Assembly: GCA_903884005.1 (NCBI GenBank)
Contig: CAISDA010000040.1
Span: 1,539 to 65,538, forward strand
Source: an uncultured Ignavibacteriota bacterium
GTDB taxonomy: Bacteria > Bacteroidota > Ignavibacteria > UBA10030 > UBA8401
Direction: 5' to 3'
Length of the DNA stretch: 64,000 bases
This document shows, one piece after another, positions 8,662 to 19,612 of the stretch; the first letter of the stretch is position 1; each line of letters begins with the position of its first letter. The notes beneath the pieces were generated by a model. That model searched no databases and was not told the DNA's origin. It saw nothing but the letters and a program-made list of their open reading frames with translations. Both the position numbers and the translations under genes were made by a program.

Positions 8662-9258
8662 ATGCCAAAACTCCCGGACACGATCATTTTAGCCTCACGG
8701 TCGCCGAGGCGGGCGCAGCTGCTGCGCCAGATCGGCGTCGCATTTGAAACATCGGTATGCGATATCGATGAACTCTTCGACCCCGCGATGACACCCGTAG
8801 AAAATGCGCGGGCGCTTTCCTATATGAAGGCGGCAGATGTCGCCAGCCGCTACAGGCGGGGTATCGTGCTCGGATCCGATACGATCGTCGTGCTGGACGG
8901 CATGCTGCTGGGAAAGCCCGTGTCGGAGGAGGATGCCCGGCGCATGCTGCGCACGCTCAGCGGCAGAACGCACACCGTCGTTACCGGATTTGCGCTTGTT
9001 GATGCGGAGTCAAAAAAATCATATATTGATTGCGAACAGACCGATGTTACATTCCGGTCGCTTGACGACGACGAGATCGCCGCATATGTTGCCGCAGGGT
9101 CGCCCATGGATAAAGCGGGGGCGTACGGCATCCAGGACGATTTCGGCGCCGTATTCGTCGAACGCATCGCGGGTGATTACTACACCGTGGTCGGCCTGCC
9201 ATTATCGAAAGTTTACTGTGCGTTACAGCAGTTCATGACATTACTACAAAAAGGATAA
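8662..9258 (+). CDS. maf: Maf family nucleoside triphosphate pyrophosphatase
   Basis: ILASRSPRR, GSDTIV, LGKP, DKAGAYGIQ, VVGLP. Confidence 0.95.
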   Translation: MPKLPDTIILASRSPRRAQLLRQIGVAFETSVCDIDELFDPAMTPVENARALSYMKAADVASRYRRGIVLGSDTIVVLDGMLLGKPVSEEDARRMLRTLSGRTHTVVTGFALVDAESKKSYIDCEQTDVTFRSLDDDEIAAYVAAGSPMDKAGAYGIQDDFGAVFVERIAGDYYTVVGLPLSKVYCALQQFMTLLQKG

Positions 9259-9261
9259 GCA

Positions 9262-9663
9262 ATGGAGAAAAAAATTCGAATATTGATCGCGAAGGCCGGT
9301 TTGGACGGCCACGATCGCGGTGCGAAAGTGATCGCGGCGGCACTGCGCGATGCAGGCATGGAAGTGATTTATACCGGATTGCGCAAGTCTCCGGAAATGA
9401 TCGTTGAATCCGCGCTGCAGGAAGATGTGGACGGGATAGGGATCAGTTCTCTCAGCGGCGCCCATATGACCATCTTCCCGAAGGTTGTTGCGCTCATGAA
9501 GGAAAAGGGGATCAGCGACATCATTCTCTTCGGCGGGGGAATCATTCCTCAGGCGGACATTGACGCATTGAAGGCGCTCGGCGTGGGCGAATTATTCACG
9601 CCCGGCACGCCGACGCAAGCCATCGTCGAGTACCTCACGACGGCCTGCGGCGTCACCACGTAA
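9262..9663 (+). CDS. Methylmalonyl-CoA mutase-type cobalamin-binding subunit
   Basis: [10 protein letters not shown] (DxHxxG), SSLSGAH, GGGIIP, FTPGT. Confidence 0.93.
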   Translation: MEKKIRILIAKAGLDGHDRGAKVIAAALRDAGMEVIYTGLRKSPEMIVESALQEDVDGIGISSLSGAHMTIFPKVVALMKEKGISDIILFGGGIIPQADIDALKALGVGELFTPGTPTQAIVEYLTTACGVTT

Positions 9664-9821
9664 GCGCTTCGTTCCGGGGACTGCGCGATGTGCGCGTTCC
9701 CCGGAGCGTCTGCTCCATCCTGCAGTTCCTCCCCCCACCGAGTGTGCAATGCTTCAGCCGGTTCGCTTCTTCAGATTGGCAGGGAAGGACGGTCCGCGCG
9801 ACGCGGCGTTCTCTATATCCG

Positions 9822-12170
9822 TTATTGTGATTCGTCCAATTCAATGGGCGCATGGCCCGGGAGCGTTTCGGCCGGAGTGTCTGTGCGCGTGTTCCGGATG
9901 CGGATGCCCGACGCATCGAATCCGAACAGATCGTCGCTGGTAAAGATCTGCTGAAAGTCCTTCTCCGCAAAGAAGACGCGGAATTTATCCGAAAGCTCAT
10001 CGAGGCGTTTCAGGTAAAAGCCGGTGTTCTCGTCGGGAAAATTTTCGTCCCACAGGAATGCTTCCTTGACGTTCCTGAAGCCGGTGATCGAGGCGTCCTT
10101 TCCCGTGAAGTAATAGGCGACCCGTTCGCCGAGCCTCACGGGGCGTTTCGACTGAATGACCGCTTCATAGACCGCCGCCCGGTTGCGCCTTCCCGTCCTG
10201 ACTCCGTCTTCATAGTCTTCCAGCGTCTCTTTGATCGTGTCGGTCCGTGTAAAGTCTGCTGCAGTCATTTCGTGGAAACGGAGCGAGTGGACGAGCTCGA
10301 TATAAAACCGGTGCATGTCGCCGAATTGCTCATTCAACAAGCATTCGATGCACTGCCGGAGGAATACCCGCCCGAAGCGTTCGATATTCCTGGACAGGAG
10401 GGACGAGCCCTTGATCGTCACCTTGTTGCGGTGGTCGAGCAGCGCGTAGTTCTTTTTTTTGTAACTGAGCATCTTCGTATACCTGCCGCTGAATCCGAGC
10501 GTGATGCCGTCGGGAAGAAGTGATGAAAGCCGGCCGACGAACTCCCGTTCCGCATGGGTGCCCGCGACATTATCGGGCGGAATACAATAGAGCCCGTCTG
10601 TGTCCACCTCTATGACGGTGCCGTTGTTCAACGTGATATCGTGGATAAGCCGGCGCAGCAGTTCCTGGCCCGATGTGGTGACTTCATCGGCCCGGTCATA
10701 GTCGTTGAACAGCGCCCTTGAATATCCCAGGTATCCGTAAAATGAATTGATCAGCACTTTGAGCGATGACTGCAGCGCGTCGGTTTGCGCGAGCGCGGAT
10801 GCATCGGTCAGCGTCTGGAGTTCCCGTTTCGCCTCGAGCCGTTTCGTTGTGAGAAACCGGAGCGCGGTCGTGAACACATCCAGTGCATCGGTGGCGGGCC
10901 TGATGCCGCGGGTCAGCATGAGAGAGGGGTACAGGGAATCGACATCCGCGTGGACGATCGGCCCGAATACGCCGGTGGCGAAGATATCGGTGTAGCCGCC
11001 CGATGTCTGGAAGCCCTGCTGTGGCTTCGGAAGAGAATGGCGCTGGCGGATGTACGCACGCAGAAAGATCGCTTCGATCTTTGCGGCGGAGCCGAGTTTT
11101 GCCAGCGTTCCGAAATTGAACGGGAGCATCTGCGCCAGGTAGAAGGCCGACCCGAGCAGCGTGTCGCTGACGGCTCGCGTGTCTCTCGCATTCTCCGCCG
11201 CATGCCGGTGGAGAGCACCGGGATCGTGTTCCCACGACCAGGAGACCTTGTCGTCGGGAATGTACTCGCGTCCGGCTGCGGCAGCCCCGAAAAATTGCGC
11301 CGCGTAGTGCAGGCTGTAGCTCTCCATCGAGTGCCGGGATGCGTCGTACGACTGCAAGAGCAACCATGTGTCTATGATGTGCCGGCCGGCGATCTCGAAA
11401 CTCGTGTATTCCACGGTGGTCTCGGCAAACATTGTCCGTGTTGAATGCGTGGAGGGGACCGTTCCGTCGCGCCCCAGGGCGCATTCGATCGAGTGCAGTT
11501 CGCAGCGTTTCATGATGTAGGGCAGCACGGCCGAATAGCAATGATGCGCCTCGATGACGTCGGGATCCTTCTCGCGGACGAGTGCGATGAATTCGGCAAG
11601 GAGTTTTTGTTCGCCGCCGCGCCTGTTTCCCAGCACCTTCTCCCAACCGCGGTTGTCCGACAGCGCGATCACGACGATGCTGTCGTCGAGGCGCTCGGCA
11701 TTGCTCGTGCGGTGCGCCTTCGAGTACGTCTCGATGTCGATCTGCATGCGGTACAGGTCGCCGGCCTCCATCCCCTTGAAGAGCGTCTTGCCCGACTGGA
11801 GCAGGTATTGCGTCGTCATGTCCGGACGGAAGAATATGTGTTCCGTGTCCAGGTACGATGTGACAGGCGTTTGGTAATATGCGCTGATTTTGCGCAGGGC
11901 GAATTGCACCGCTTCCCACGCATCGAAGGAGGATTGAAACGCGCACAGGTACTGATAAAAATTCGTGCCGTCGAGTTTCTTCAGCCAGAATTTTTTGGGA
12001 AAGCCGTCCATGAACCGCGAATCGGACAGGTGGAAGAAGGGGAAAAATTCGACATCACTCGATTCCACGGCGGCGCTTGTCCGCTTGTACACGCGGATCG
12101 ACGAGCCTCCCACCGGGTGGAGAGCGACGATGTGTGTCTCATCGTTATGTCCGAAGAGCAGTGAATCCAT
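9822..12170 (-). CDS. polB: Family B DNA polymerase with degenerate 3'-5' exonuclease domain
   Basis: Motif A DVDSLYPS, motif B KVLINSFYGY, motif C VDTDG, KKKNYAL; ExoI DIET. Confidence 0.9.
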   Translation of the reverse strand: MDSLLFGHNDETHIVALHPVGGSSIRVYKRTSAAVESSDVEFFPFFHLSDSRFMDGFPKKFWLKKLDGTNFYQYLCAFQSSFDAWEAVQFALRKISAYYQTPVTSYLDTEHIFFRPDMTTQYLLQSGKTLFKGMEAGDLYRMQIDIETYSKAHRTSNAERLDDSIVVIALSDNRGWEKVLGNRRGGEQKLLAEFIALVREKDPDVIEAHHCYSAVLPYIMKRCELHSIECALGRDGTVPSTHSTRTMFAETTVEYTSFEIAGRHIIDTWLLLQSYDASRHSMESYSLHYAAQFFGAAAAGREYIPDDKVSWSWEHDPGALHRHAAENARDTRAVSDTLLGSAFYLAQMLPFNFGTLAKLGSAAKIEAIFLRAYIRQRHSLPKPQQGFQTSGGYTDIFATGVFGPIVHADVDSLYPSLMLTRGIRPATDALDVFTTALRFLTTKRLEAKRELQTLTDASALAQTDALQSSLKVLINSFYGYLGYSRALFNDYDRADEVTTSGQELLRRLIHDITLNNGTVIEVDTDGLYCIPPDNVAGTHAEREFVGRLSSLLPDGITLGFSGRYTKMLSYKKKNYALLDHRNKVTIKGSSLLSRNIERFGRVFLRQCIECLLNEQFGDMHRFYIELVHSLRFHEMTAADFTRTDTIKETLEDYEDGVRTGRRNRAAVYEAVIQSKRPVRLGERVAYYFTGKDASITGFRNVKEAFLWDENFPDENTGFYLKRLDELSDKFRVFFAEKDFQQIFTSDDLFGFDASGIRIRNTRTDTPAETLPGHAPIELDESQ

Positions 12171-12309
12171 GCACTAATATATACGCCAGCGGGATAAAAG
12201 CAAAAAATAATGAAGGGGAACGACATCGTATCGTGCGGCCTGCCTCAGCCGCTTTGCTCCGAAGGAAATGACAGTGAATGAGAACTGATCGCTTGTGGCC
12301 GGGCGGTTT

Positions 12310-12349
12310 AAAACACAACACGTCCGGAGCGTTGCCCGGACGTGTTGTG
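12310..12349 (-). terminator. Intrinsic terminator after the tRNA-Ser pair
   Basis: Perfect 14-bp stem CACAACACGTCCGG/CCGGACGTGTTGTG followed by TTTT on the minus strand. Confidence 0.75.
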
Positions 12350-12359
12350 ACATGTACAG

Positions 12360-12446
12360 CGGAGAGGGTGGGATTCGAACCCACGGAACGCTTTCACGTT
12401 CACACACTTTCCAGGCGTGCCAGTTCAACCACTCCTGCACCTCTCC
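12360..12446 (-). tRNA. tRNA-Ser (GGA)
   Basis: GGAGAGG..CCTCTCC acceptor stem, anticodon loop CT-GGA-AA, long variable arm, GTTCGAATC. Confidence 0.97.
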
Positions 12447-12491
12447 GGGATAAAACGGATGTGTGTACACCTGCCTTGCTTTATTTCCTAG

Positions 12492-12578
12492 CGGAGAGGG
12501 AGAGATTCGAACTCTCGATACCCTTACGAGTACACTAGTTTTCGAGACTAGCTCTTTCAACCACTCAGACACCTCTCC
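12492..12578 (-). tRNA. tRNA-Ser (CGA)
   Basis: GGAGAGG..CCTCTCC acceptor stem, CTAGT-CT-CGA-AA-ACTAG anticodon arm, long variable arm. Confidence 0.97.
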
Positions 12579-12618
12579 GTGGTATCCCGTTGAACGTCTT
12601 TCCTCGACGGGGAATTTT

Positions 12619-12647
12619 AATTTACACAATCTTGATAAATAATGCAA
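12619..12647 (-). promoter_or_regulatory. Promoter of the tRNA-Ser pair
   Basis: Minus strand TTGCAT, 17 bp, TAAATT. Confidence 0.6.
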
Positions 12648-12755
12648 TAGGAGGCGCGCACATTTCGCCGAGTTAACCGTCTTCCCGGCGCATGCGCACG
12701 ATTCGGGGGAGAGATCGCCAATCCCCATAAAAGACCGTCATTGTGAATTATTTAG

Positions 12756-12784
12756 TTGCGGTTGCGGATTAACTTCGCTATATT
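12756..12784 (+). promoter_or_regulatory. Promoter of the rimP-nusA-infB operon
   Basis: TTGCGG, 17 bp, TATATT. Confidence 0.65.
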
Positions 12785-12798
12785 TAAATCGTTGATGA

Positions 12799-12826
12799 GG
12801 TCCCGCCGGTTGCGGGACTTTTTTTT
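12799..12826 (+). promoter_or_regulatory. rimP leader: terminator-like attenuator hairpin
   Basis: GTCCCGC-CGGTT-GCGGGAC followed by T8, between promoter and rimP start. Confidence 0.7.
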
Positions 12827-12840
12827 GGGCATTACTTATT

Positions 12841-13311
12841 ATGACGCAAATACTTCAAAAAATAGAAGAAATCGCAGTGCCGATCATCGAGCGGCACGGG
12901 GCGTTTCTCGCCGAGCTCGTGCTGCGGGGGGAACTTCGCAGCAAGGTTGTGGAAGTCTACGTCGACACCGATGCCGGCATCACGATCGATACCTGCACCT
13001 CGATCAGCCGCGAACTCTCCGAGGCGCTCGATGCGCAGGAGATCATCATGGGCGCGTACAGGCTCGATGTCTCCTCGCCGGATCTCGGCAGACCGATCCA
13101 CGTGCTGCGTCAGTACAAGAAAAACATCGGCCGGATGCTCTCTGTCACCTTCATCGAAGAGGGAACACCGCAGACCGTCGACGGGGAGGCTGAAGCAGCG
13201 GATGACGCCGGCCTCACGCTGCGTACGAGCGGTACGGCCGTCCGGACAATTCCCATGGCTGCGATCACCAAAGCATTTATCGTCCCTCAATTGAAAAAAA
13301 AAAGTAAGTAG
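12841..13311 (+). CDS. rimP: Ribosome maturation factor RimP
   Basis: YVD..GITIDTC..ISR, YRLDVSSP..RP; first gene before nusA. Confidence 0.93.
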   Translation: MTQILQKIEEIAVPIIERHGAFLAELVLRGELRSKVVEVYVDTDAGITIDTCTSISRELSEALDAQEIIMGAYRLDVSSPDLGRPIHVLRQYKKNIGRMLSVTFIEEGTPQTVDGEAEAADDAGLTLRTSGTAVRTIPMAAITKAFIVPQLKKKSK

Positions 13312-13340
13312 ATCACCATTTATATTTTTGGAGTGCTGCA

Positions 13341-14627
13341 ATGAATCATGAAATAGTCGAATCTTTTTCCGGACTCGTGCGTGAAAAGAGCATAGATAAA
13401 GATATTCTCGCAGGTATCGTGGAAGATATCTTCGGTATGATGGTCCGCAAGAAATTCGGCCCGACCGCCAAATTTGATGTTGTCGTCAACATGGATAAAG
13501 GCGACATTGAAATTTATCTCGAGCGCGAAGTCGTCGAAGTGGTCGAAGACCCCGTGCGGCAGATCGATCCGGCGACGGTGAAAAAGATCTCCGGCGAAGA
13601 CATGGACATCGGCGAAGACTATGTTGAAATTCTGCCGCTGGAAGATTTCGGGCGCAGGCTCATCACGACGGCGAAACAGAACTTCACGCAGCGCGTGAAG
13701 GAAATAGAAAAGGAACTGGTCTTCAACGAGTACAACAACTCGCTCGGAGAGATCATCGTGGACGAGGTCTACCAGATCCGCAACAACGACATCATGGTGA
13801 TGCACAACAAGACGGAACTGCTCCTGCCCAAGAGCGAACAGATATTCAAAGAGCGGTATAAAAAGGGCGACACGGTCCGCGCGATCGTGAAGGAAGTGCG
13901 CAAGAACGCGACAAACCCGACGGTGATCATTTCCCGTTCGGCTCCGCAGTTTTTGGAGCGCCTCTTCGAAATTGAAATTCCCGAGATCTACGACGGCATC
14001 ATCGAGATCAAGTGCATTGCACGCGAACCGGGCGAGCGGGCAAAGGTGGCGGTCGAGTCGCACGATGACCGCATCGATGCCGTCGGCGCCTGCGTCGGCA
14101 TGAAAGGCGTCCGCATTCATGCGATCGTCCGCGAATTGAACAATGAGAACATCGACGTCATCAATTACAGCGACGAACCGGCAGTGTTCATTCAGCGCGC
14201 CCTTGCGCCGGCGAAGCTTAAAAGCATACAAATTGACCATGACACCAAGAAAGCAACCGTGCTGGTGGACGAAGATCAGGTATCGCTGGCGATCGGCAAA
14301 GGCGGTCAGAACATACGACTGGCCAGCAAGCTGAGCGGGTACGACCTGCAATTGGTGAAGGAAAGCAGCGAATACGACATCGATCTCGAAGAATTCAAGG
14401 AAGAGATCGGCGACGAAATCCTCGCGAAGTTCACCGAGAACGGCTATTCGACGGCCAAAGCGGTGATCGATGCGTCCGTTGCCGAACTGGTGCGCACGCT
14501 GGATCTTCCGCAGGAAAAAGTTGAAGAGATTGTAACGTTGATTAAGACAGAGTTTGAAGAAGCCGAAGAAGAAGACGACGACGAATCCTCCGAGCAGGAA
14601 GAAGAGGAGACGAGCCAGCCATCGTAA
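13341..14627 (+). CDS. nusA: Transcription factor NusA
   Basis: FGRR, EIPEI, AREPGERAKVAV, VGACVGMKG, LAIGKGGQN. Confidence 0.97.
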   Translation: MNHEIVESFSGLVREKSIDKDILAGIVEDIFGMMVRKKFGPTAKFDVVVNMDKGDIEIYLEREVVEVVEDPVRQIDPATVKKISGEDMDIGEDYVEILPLEDFGRRLITTAKQNFTQRVKEIEKELVFNEYNNSLGEIIVDEVYQIRNNDIMVMHNKTELLLPKSEQIFKERYKKGDTVRAIVKEVRKNATNPTVIISRSAPQFLERLFEIEIPEIYDGIIEIKCIAREPGERAKVAVESHDDRIDAVGACVGMKGVRIHAIVRELNNENIDVINYSDEPAVFIQRALAPAKLKSIQIDHDTKKATVLVDEDQVSLAIGKGGQNIRLASKLSGYDLQLVKESSEYDIDLEEFKEEIGDEILAKFTENGYSTAKAVIDASVAELVRTLDLPQEKVEEIVTLIKTEFEEAEEEDDDESSEQEEEETSQPS

Positions 14628-14696
14628 TGTAACGGAATCGTCCGGCCGTCTGTGATCTAACGCTGTTTCGCACGACACTTAACTCAAAGGAATGCA

Positions 14697-17483
14697 ATGC
14701 CTGAGGCAATTGAGAAAAAAATCAAGTTGTACAAGCTCGCAACCGAACTGAACCTCGCCAGCGATACCCTCATCGAATTCTTGATGAAGAAAGGGTACAA
14801 GATAAAGAATCACATGTCGCCGATCGAAGACGACATGTTGAAGGATATCATGTCCCACTTCAAAAAAGAGAAGGAAGTCGCCGATAAGTTTCAAAAGAAA
14901 CTGACAGAGATCAAGGAAACGCGGCGCCGTGCGACTGAAGCAAAAAAAACGGAAGTCCTTCCGGCGGAAGTCGTGTCGAAAGCCGTGTCCGCACCGGGTG
15001 AGCAGGAACCTGAAACAGCAGAGCATCCTTTGGCGGAGACCTCAGGGGCCATCGCTGCGGAACCTTCTGAAGAGACCGTTGAAGCTGGCTCGAACGTCGA
15101 GACTTCCGAACCCATGGCGGCTCGGGAGCCGTCGGAAGCGGCTCCCGATACACACACGCCCGCCGAGAAGCCATCAGAGGCGCATGCTCCGGCGAAAGCA
15201 CATGTTCCTGACACTTCCGCCAAGCCGCATGCGGAAGCGGGTCCCGTGGTTGGACAGCCGGGAGCACCGGTGAAAGCCGCTGAAGGCAGGATCGGAATCG
15301 AGACGAAGGATTTCCGGACACGCACTCCTGAAAAAGGCAAAAAATTCGGCCTGACGATCAAAGGCAAGATGGATCTTACCAAGCCCGCAGCCAAACCTGC
15401 CCCAGGAAAGAAAGCAGAACTGTTAGCCGCCGAAGAGGAGGCGAAGAAGAAGAAGAAGAAAAAGAAGAAAGTAAAGGACGAGAAGCCGAAAGTGAAGACC
15501 GCCATCGAGATCGAGGCGGAAGCGGCGGCATCGAAGAAGAAAAAGAAGAAAAAGAAGCTCCGTCACCACGAAGTGAACGATGTGCAGGTGAACGAAGCCA
15601 TCAAGCGCACGCTCGCCGAGATGGAAGAATCGGGCGCCGTCAGCACGCGCGCCGTGCACAGGAAGAAGAAGAAAGAGAAGCGCGAAGAGCAGGAAGCGCT
15701 CGCCAAAGAAGCGGCATTGATTGAAGCAGGCATTCTGCGCGTTACGGAATTTGTGACCGTGGGAGAGCTCGCAAACCTCATGAAGGTCTCGGTTGCCGAG
15801 ATCATTCAAAAGTGCATCGGCCTCGGCATGATGGTGTCCATCAACCAGCGCCTGGACAAGGACACGATCGTTCTTGTGGCCGACGAGTACGGCTATGCCG
15901 TCGAGTTCCAGGATGAATTCACGGTCGACGTTCTTGAGGATACACCCGACGCGCCCGATCTGCTGAAACCCCGCGCACCGGTGGTGACCATCATGGGCCA
16001 TGTCGATCACGGCAAAACTTCGCTCCTTGATTATATCCGCCGCACGAACGTCGTGGCGGGCGAATCGGGCGGTATCACGCAGCACATCGGTGCGTACGAA
16101 GTGACGACCGAAAAAGGGAAACACATTACGTTCCTCGATACGCCGGGCCATGAAGCGTTCACGGCCATGCGCGCGCGCGGTGCGCAGTTGACGGACATCG
16201 TCGTCCTCGTCGTTGCTGCGGAAGACAACGTCATGCCTCAGACACTCGAGGCCATCAGCCATGCTAAGGCGGCCGGCGTGCCGATCATCATCGCGATGAA
16301 CAAGATCGATAAGCCCGAAGCGAACCCGGACCGCATACGCCAGCAATTGGCGGATAAGGACGTGCTCGTGGAAGAATGGGGCGGCAAGTATCAGTCGGTG
16401 GAAGTGTCCGCGCGAAACGGAAAAAACGTCGACCTCCTGCTGGAAAAAATATTATTGGAAGCAGAAGTGCTGGACACGCGGGCCAATCCCGACCGTCTTG
16501 CGCGCGGCGCCGTGGTTGAAGCGCAGCTCGACAAGGGCAAGGGTATTCTCGCGACCATCCTTATTCAAAAAGGAACGCTGAAGATCGGCGATTCCTTCCT
16601 TGCCGGCATCTACAGCGGCAAAGTGAGGGCGATGTACGACGAACGCGGCAACCGCCTCGAATCGGCGGGACCCTCGGTGCCCGTGCAGCTCCTGGGCTTC
16701 GACGGCATTCCGCAGGCGGGCGATCAATTCATCGCAATGGTCACAGACCGCCAGGCGCGCGAGATCAGTTTGAAACGTCAGCAGCTCAAGCGCGAACAGG
16801 ATTTCAGGCAGATACGGTTCGTTACGCTGGACGACATCTCGGAACAGATCCAGGCAGGCAAGAAGATACAGGAATTGTCCATCATCGTCAAAGGCGACGT
16901 GGACGGCTCGGTCGAAGCGTTGTCCGATTCACTCTTGAAACTCTCGACCGAAGAGGTCAAGATCCGCGTGATCCACAAGGGCGTCGGCGCCATCTCGGAA
17001 ACCGACGTGCTGCTGGCTGCGGCATCGAATGCGATCATTGTCGGCTTCCAGGTTCGTCCGAACCTGAATGCGCGGCGCCTGGCGGAGAAGGAAAAAGTCG
17101 ACCTGCGCCTCTACAACATCATCTACAATGCGATCAACGAACTGAAAGACGCGCTCGAAGGCATGCTCGCTCCTGCATTGTCCGAAGAGATCACGGCAAC
17201 GGTCGAGGTCCGCGACATCTTCAAGGTGCCGAAGATCGGCACTATCGCCGGCTGCTATGTCACCGACGGCAAGATCATCCGCAACAATCGGGTGCGCGTC
17301 GTACGCGACGGCATTCCGGTCTTTGAGGGCGGCATCGGTTCGTTGAAGCGTTTCAAGGAAGATGTGAAGGAAGTTGAAACGGGATTTGAATGCGGCATCG
17401 GCCTCGATAATTTCAACGATGTGAAAGCGGGCGATATCATCGAAGCGTTCAAAACAGTGGAAACAAAACGGAAACTGATCTAA
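14697..17483 (+). CDS. infB: Translation initiation factor IF-2
   Basis: [33 protein letters not shown]; long Lys-rich N-terminus. Confidence 0.98.
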   Translation: MPEAIEKKIKLYKLATELNLASDTLIEFLMKKGYKIKNHMSPIEDDMLKDIMSHFKKEKEVADKFQKKLTEIKETRRRATEAKKTEVLPAEVVSKAVSAPGEQEPETAEHPLAETSGAIAAEPSEETVEAGSNVETSEPMAAREPSEAAPDTHTPAEKPSEAHAPAKAHVPDTSAKPHAEAGPVVGQPGAPVKAAEGRIGIETKDFRTRTPEKGKKFGLTIKGKMDLTKPAAKPAPGKKAELLAAEEEAKKKKKKKKKVKDEKPKVKTAIEIEAEAAASKKKKKKKKLRHHEVNDVQVNEAIKRTLAEMEESGAVSTRAVHRKKKKEKREEQEALAKEAALIEAGILRVTEFVTVGELANLMKVSVAEIIQKCIGLGMMVSINQRLDKDTIVLVADEYGYAVEFQDEFTVDVLEDTPDAPDLLKPRAPVVTIMGHVDHGKTSLLDYIRRTNVVAGESGGITQHIGAYEVTTEKGKHITFLDTPGHEAFTAMRARGAQLTDIVVLVVAAEDNVMPQTLEAISHAKAAGVPIIIAMNKIDKPEANPDRIRQQLADKDVLVEEWGGKYQSVEVSARNGKNVDLLLEKILLEAEVLDTRANPDRLARGAVVEAQLDKGKGILATILIQKGTLKIGDSFLAGIYSGKVRAMYDERGNRLESAGPSVPVQLLGFDGIPQAGDQFIAMVTDRQAREISLKRQQLKREQDFRQIRFVTLDDISEQIQAGKKIQELSIIVKGDVDGSVEALSDSLLKLSTEEVKIRVIHKGVGAISETDVLLAAASNAIIVGFQVRPNLNARRLAEKEKVDLRLYNIIYNAINELKDALEGMLAPALSEEITATVEVRDIFKVPKIGTIAGCYVTDGKIIRNNRVRVVRDGIPVFEGGIGSLKRFKEDVKEVETGFECGIGLDNFNDVKAGDIIEAFKTVETKRKLI

Positions 17484-17558
17484 CACAGTGCGATCGTCAC
17501 CTGCGGCCTTTGCTGCGCCGGGGGGTGGGATTGCATGAGCAGAAGAGGAGTGATAGTC

Positions 17559-17939
17559 GTGGGGTTGCGAATAGAGAAAGTAGCATCGATGCTGCACCGT
17601 GAACTCGGGGCGATCATTTCCACCGAGTGCTCCGGCGGCGGTTTCGGGTTCACCACGGTGACCGAGGTTCGCATGACGCCGGATCTGCGGCTGGCAAAAG
17701 TATACGTCAGCATCTTCGGCGACGCAAAGGCCAGGGAAAAAACCCTGAAGCACCTTGAGTCGCGAAAGAAAGAGATCCGTCATGAGATGGCACACCGCGT
17801 GTCCATGAAATATGTGCCCGCGCTGCAGTTCTATCATGATGCGACGCTCGATAACGTGATGCATCTCGAACAACTGATCAAAGAAATTCACAAGGATGAC
17901 CCGGTGAAGCCGGCAGAGGAAGAAACAGAACACGAATGA
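17559..17939 (+). CDS. rbfA: Ribosome-binding factor A
   Basis: TVTEVRMTPDLRLAKVYVS, YVPALQFYHD; GTG start after GAGGAG. Confidence 0.95.
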   Translation: MGLRIEKVASMLHRELGAIISTECSGGGFGFTTVTEVRMTPDLRLAKVYVSIFGDAKAREKTLKHLESRKKEIRHEMAHRVSMKYVPALQFYHDATLDNVMHLEQLIKEIHKDDPVKPAEEETEHE

Positions 17940-18646
17940 TCGAGACGGCAGTAATGAAAACGACACTCGATTTTCACGAGGGCGAAATCCTGTTCATAGA
18001 CAAGCCTGCAAAATGGACGTCCTTCGACGTGGTGAGCCGCGTGCGCGGAACGTTCCGCGTGAAAAAAGTGGGACATGCGGGCACGCTCGATCCGAATGCA
18101 ACGGGACTGCTGATCATTTGCACGGGAAAAAAAACCAAGATCATCGACGAGTTTTCGGGATTGGACAAGGAATATGTTGCGACCATGGAACTGGGCGCGC
18201 GCACGGCCAGCTTCGACGGCGAGACGGAGGTGATCGAGCAGAAGGACGTTGCTCATCTCACGGACGAGGCGATACGGGCGGCTCTCGCGGGATTTCTCGG
18301 AACGCAGCAGCAAGTGGCGCCCATGTATTCGGCGGTGAAGCATCTCGGCAAGCCGCTTTATAAGTATGCACGAAAGGGCCGGGAGGTCGAACGGAGGCCG
18401 AGGGAGGTCACCGTGTCGGAACTCGAGGTCGTTTCGATCGCTCTGCCGCTGGTGACGTTCCGGATCGTTTGTTCAAAGGGGACCTATATCCGCTCCATCG
18501 CCGACGAATGCGGCATGCGACTGGGATGCGGTGCGTACCTCAAGGAACTGCGTCGAACGCGTATCGGCGAGCATCATGTGCGCGATGCGATCGGCGTCGA
18601 ACAGCTCCATACGTTAGAGGCCAAAATCATGAAGAGCGTCGAATAA
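17936..18646 (+). CDS. truB: tRNA pseudouridine(55) synthase
   Basis: DKP..WTSFDVV, KVGHAGTLDP, PMYSAVK, CSKGTYIRS. Confidence 0.96.
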   Translation: MIETAVMKTTLDFHEGEILFIDKPAKWTSFDVVSRVRGTFRVKKVGHAGTLDPNATGLLIICTGKKTKIIDEFSGLDKEYVATMELGARTASFDGETEVIEQKDVAHLTDEAIRAALAGFLGTQQQVAPMYSAVKHLGKPLYKYARKGREVERRPREVTVSELEVVSIALPLVTFRIVCSKGTYIRSIADECGMRLGCGAYLKELRRTRIGEHHVRDAIGVEQLHTLEAKIMKSVE

Positions 18647-18649
18647 GCC

Positions 18650-19588
18650 ATGGACATCATCCGAAGTCTTGACGATATCCGGTACGATAAGAATTCCATC
18701 ATTACGATCGGTGCGTTCGACGGAGTTCACGCGGCGCATCAGGAGATTCTGAACGAAGTCGTCGAACGGGCGCACGCCGTGCACGGCAGGAGTGTTGTGG
18801 TGACGTTCGAACCGCATCCGAAAGAGATCGTCGGCGGCGGCGACCGCAAGGTCGCCATACTGACGACGCTCGAGGAAAAATTGGCGCGCATTGCGGCGCT
18901 GGGCATCGATACGGTGTTCGTGGTCCCGTTCACGTATGAGTTTTCGCGCAAGACGCCGATGGAATTTTATCTCGACTACATCGTGAACGGCACCGGTGTC
19001 ACAGAGGTGATCGAAGGATACAATCATCATTTCGGCAGGGACAGGGAAGCCGGCATGAACGATGTCGTGCAACTGGGCAATCAGTACAATTTTTCCGTTT
19101 CTGCCGTGAAGATGATGCAGGTGGACGGCGCTCCGGTGAGCAGTTCACGCATTCGATACGCGATACGCGACGGCTCCATGGAACAGGCTGCGGAGATGCT
19201 CGGATACCGCTACGAGTTTTCGGGCGTCATCGTTCGCGGGCACGGCAGGGGCAAGGCGCTCGGCTATCCGACGGCAAATATCGCGCTGGACGATCCGCGC
19301 AAGGCCGTGCCGAAGATCGGGGTCTATGCCGTACATGCGACGATACACGGCACGCGCTACGGCGGCATGATGAGCGTCGGCGTGCTTCCCACATTCTTTG
19401 AAACGCATGATCGCACGATCGAAGTCAATATCTTCAATTTCGACGAGGATGTGTACGACGAGACGCTGCACGTGGAGTGCATCCAACGCACACGCGATGA
19501 AAAAAAATTTTCCTCGGTGGCCGAGCTGGTGGCCGAAATGGGGAACGATAAAAGTGTAATTCAAAATATTGTACTACAAATTCAATAA
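18650..19588 (+). CDS. ribF: Bifunctional riboflavin kinase/FAD synthetase
   Basis: GAFDGVH..H, TFEPHP, SSSRIR, LGYPTAN. Confidence 0.96.
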   Translation: MDIIRSLDDIRYDKNSIITIGAFDGVHAAHQEILNEVVERAHAVHGRSVVVTFEPHPKEIVGGGDRKVAILTTLEEKLARIAALGIDTVFVVPFTYEFSRKTPMEFYLDYIVNGTGVTEVIEGYNHHFGRDREAGMNDVVQLGNQYNFSVSAVKMMQVDGAPVSSSRIRYAIRDGSMEQAAEMLGYRYEFSGVIVRGHGRGKALGYPTANIALDDPRKAVPKIGVYAVHATIHGTRYGGMMSVGVLPTFFETHDRTIEVNIFNFDEDVYDETLHVECIQRTRDEKKFSSVAELVAEMGNDKSVIQNIVLQIQ

Positions 19589-19612
19589 ACTTTCTATATT
19601 CAAGGAGCTATT

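Noticed and set aside
9822..12578. polB next to tRNA-Ser 3' ends as an integrated element
   Set aside because: No integrase, no duplicated tRNA 3' end seen, no phage genes, composition like the host.
15441..15680. AAG triplet runs in infB
   Set aside because: They encode ordinary poly-Lys tracts of the IF-2 N-terminal region.
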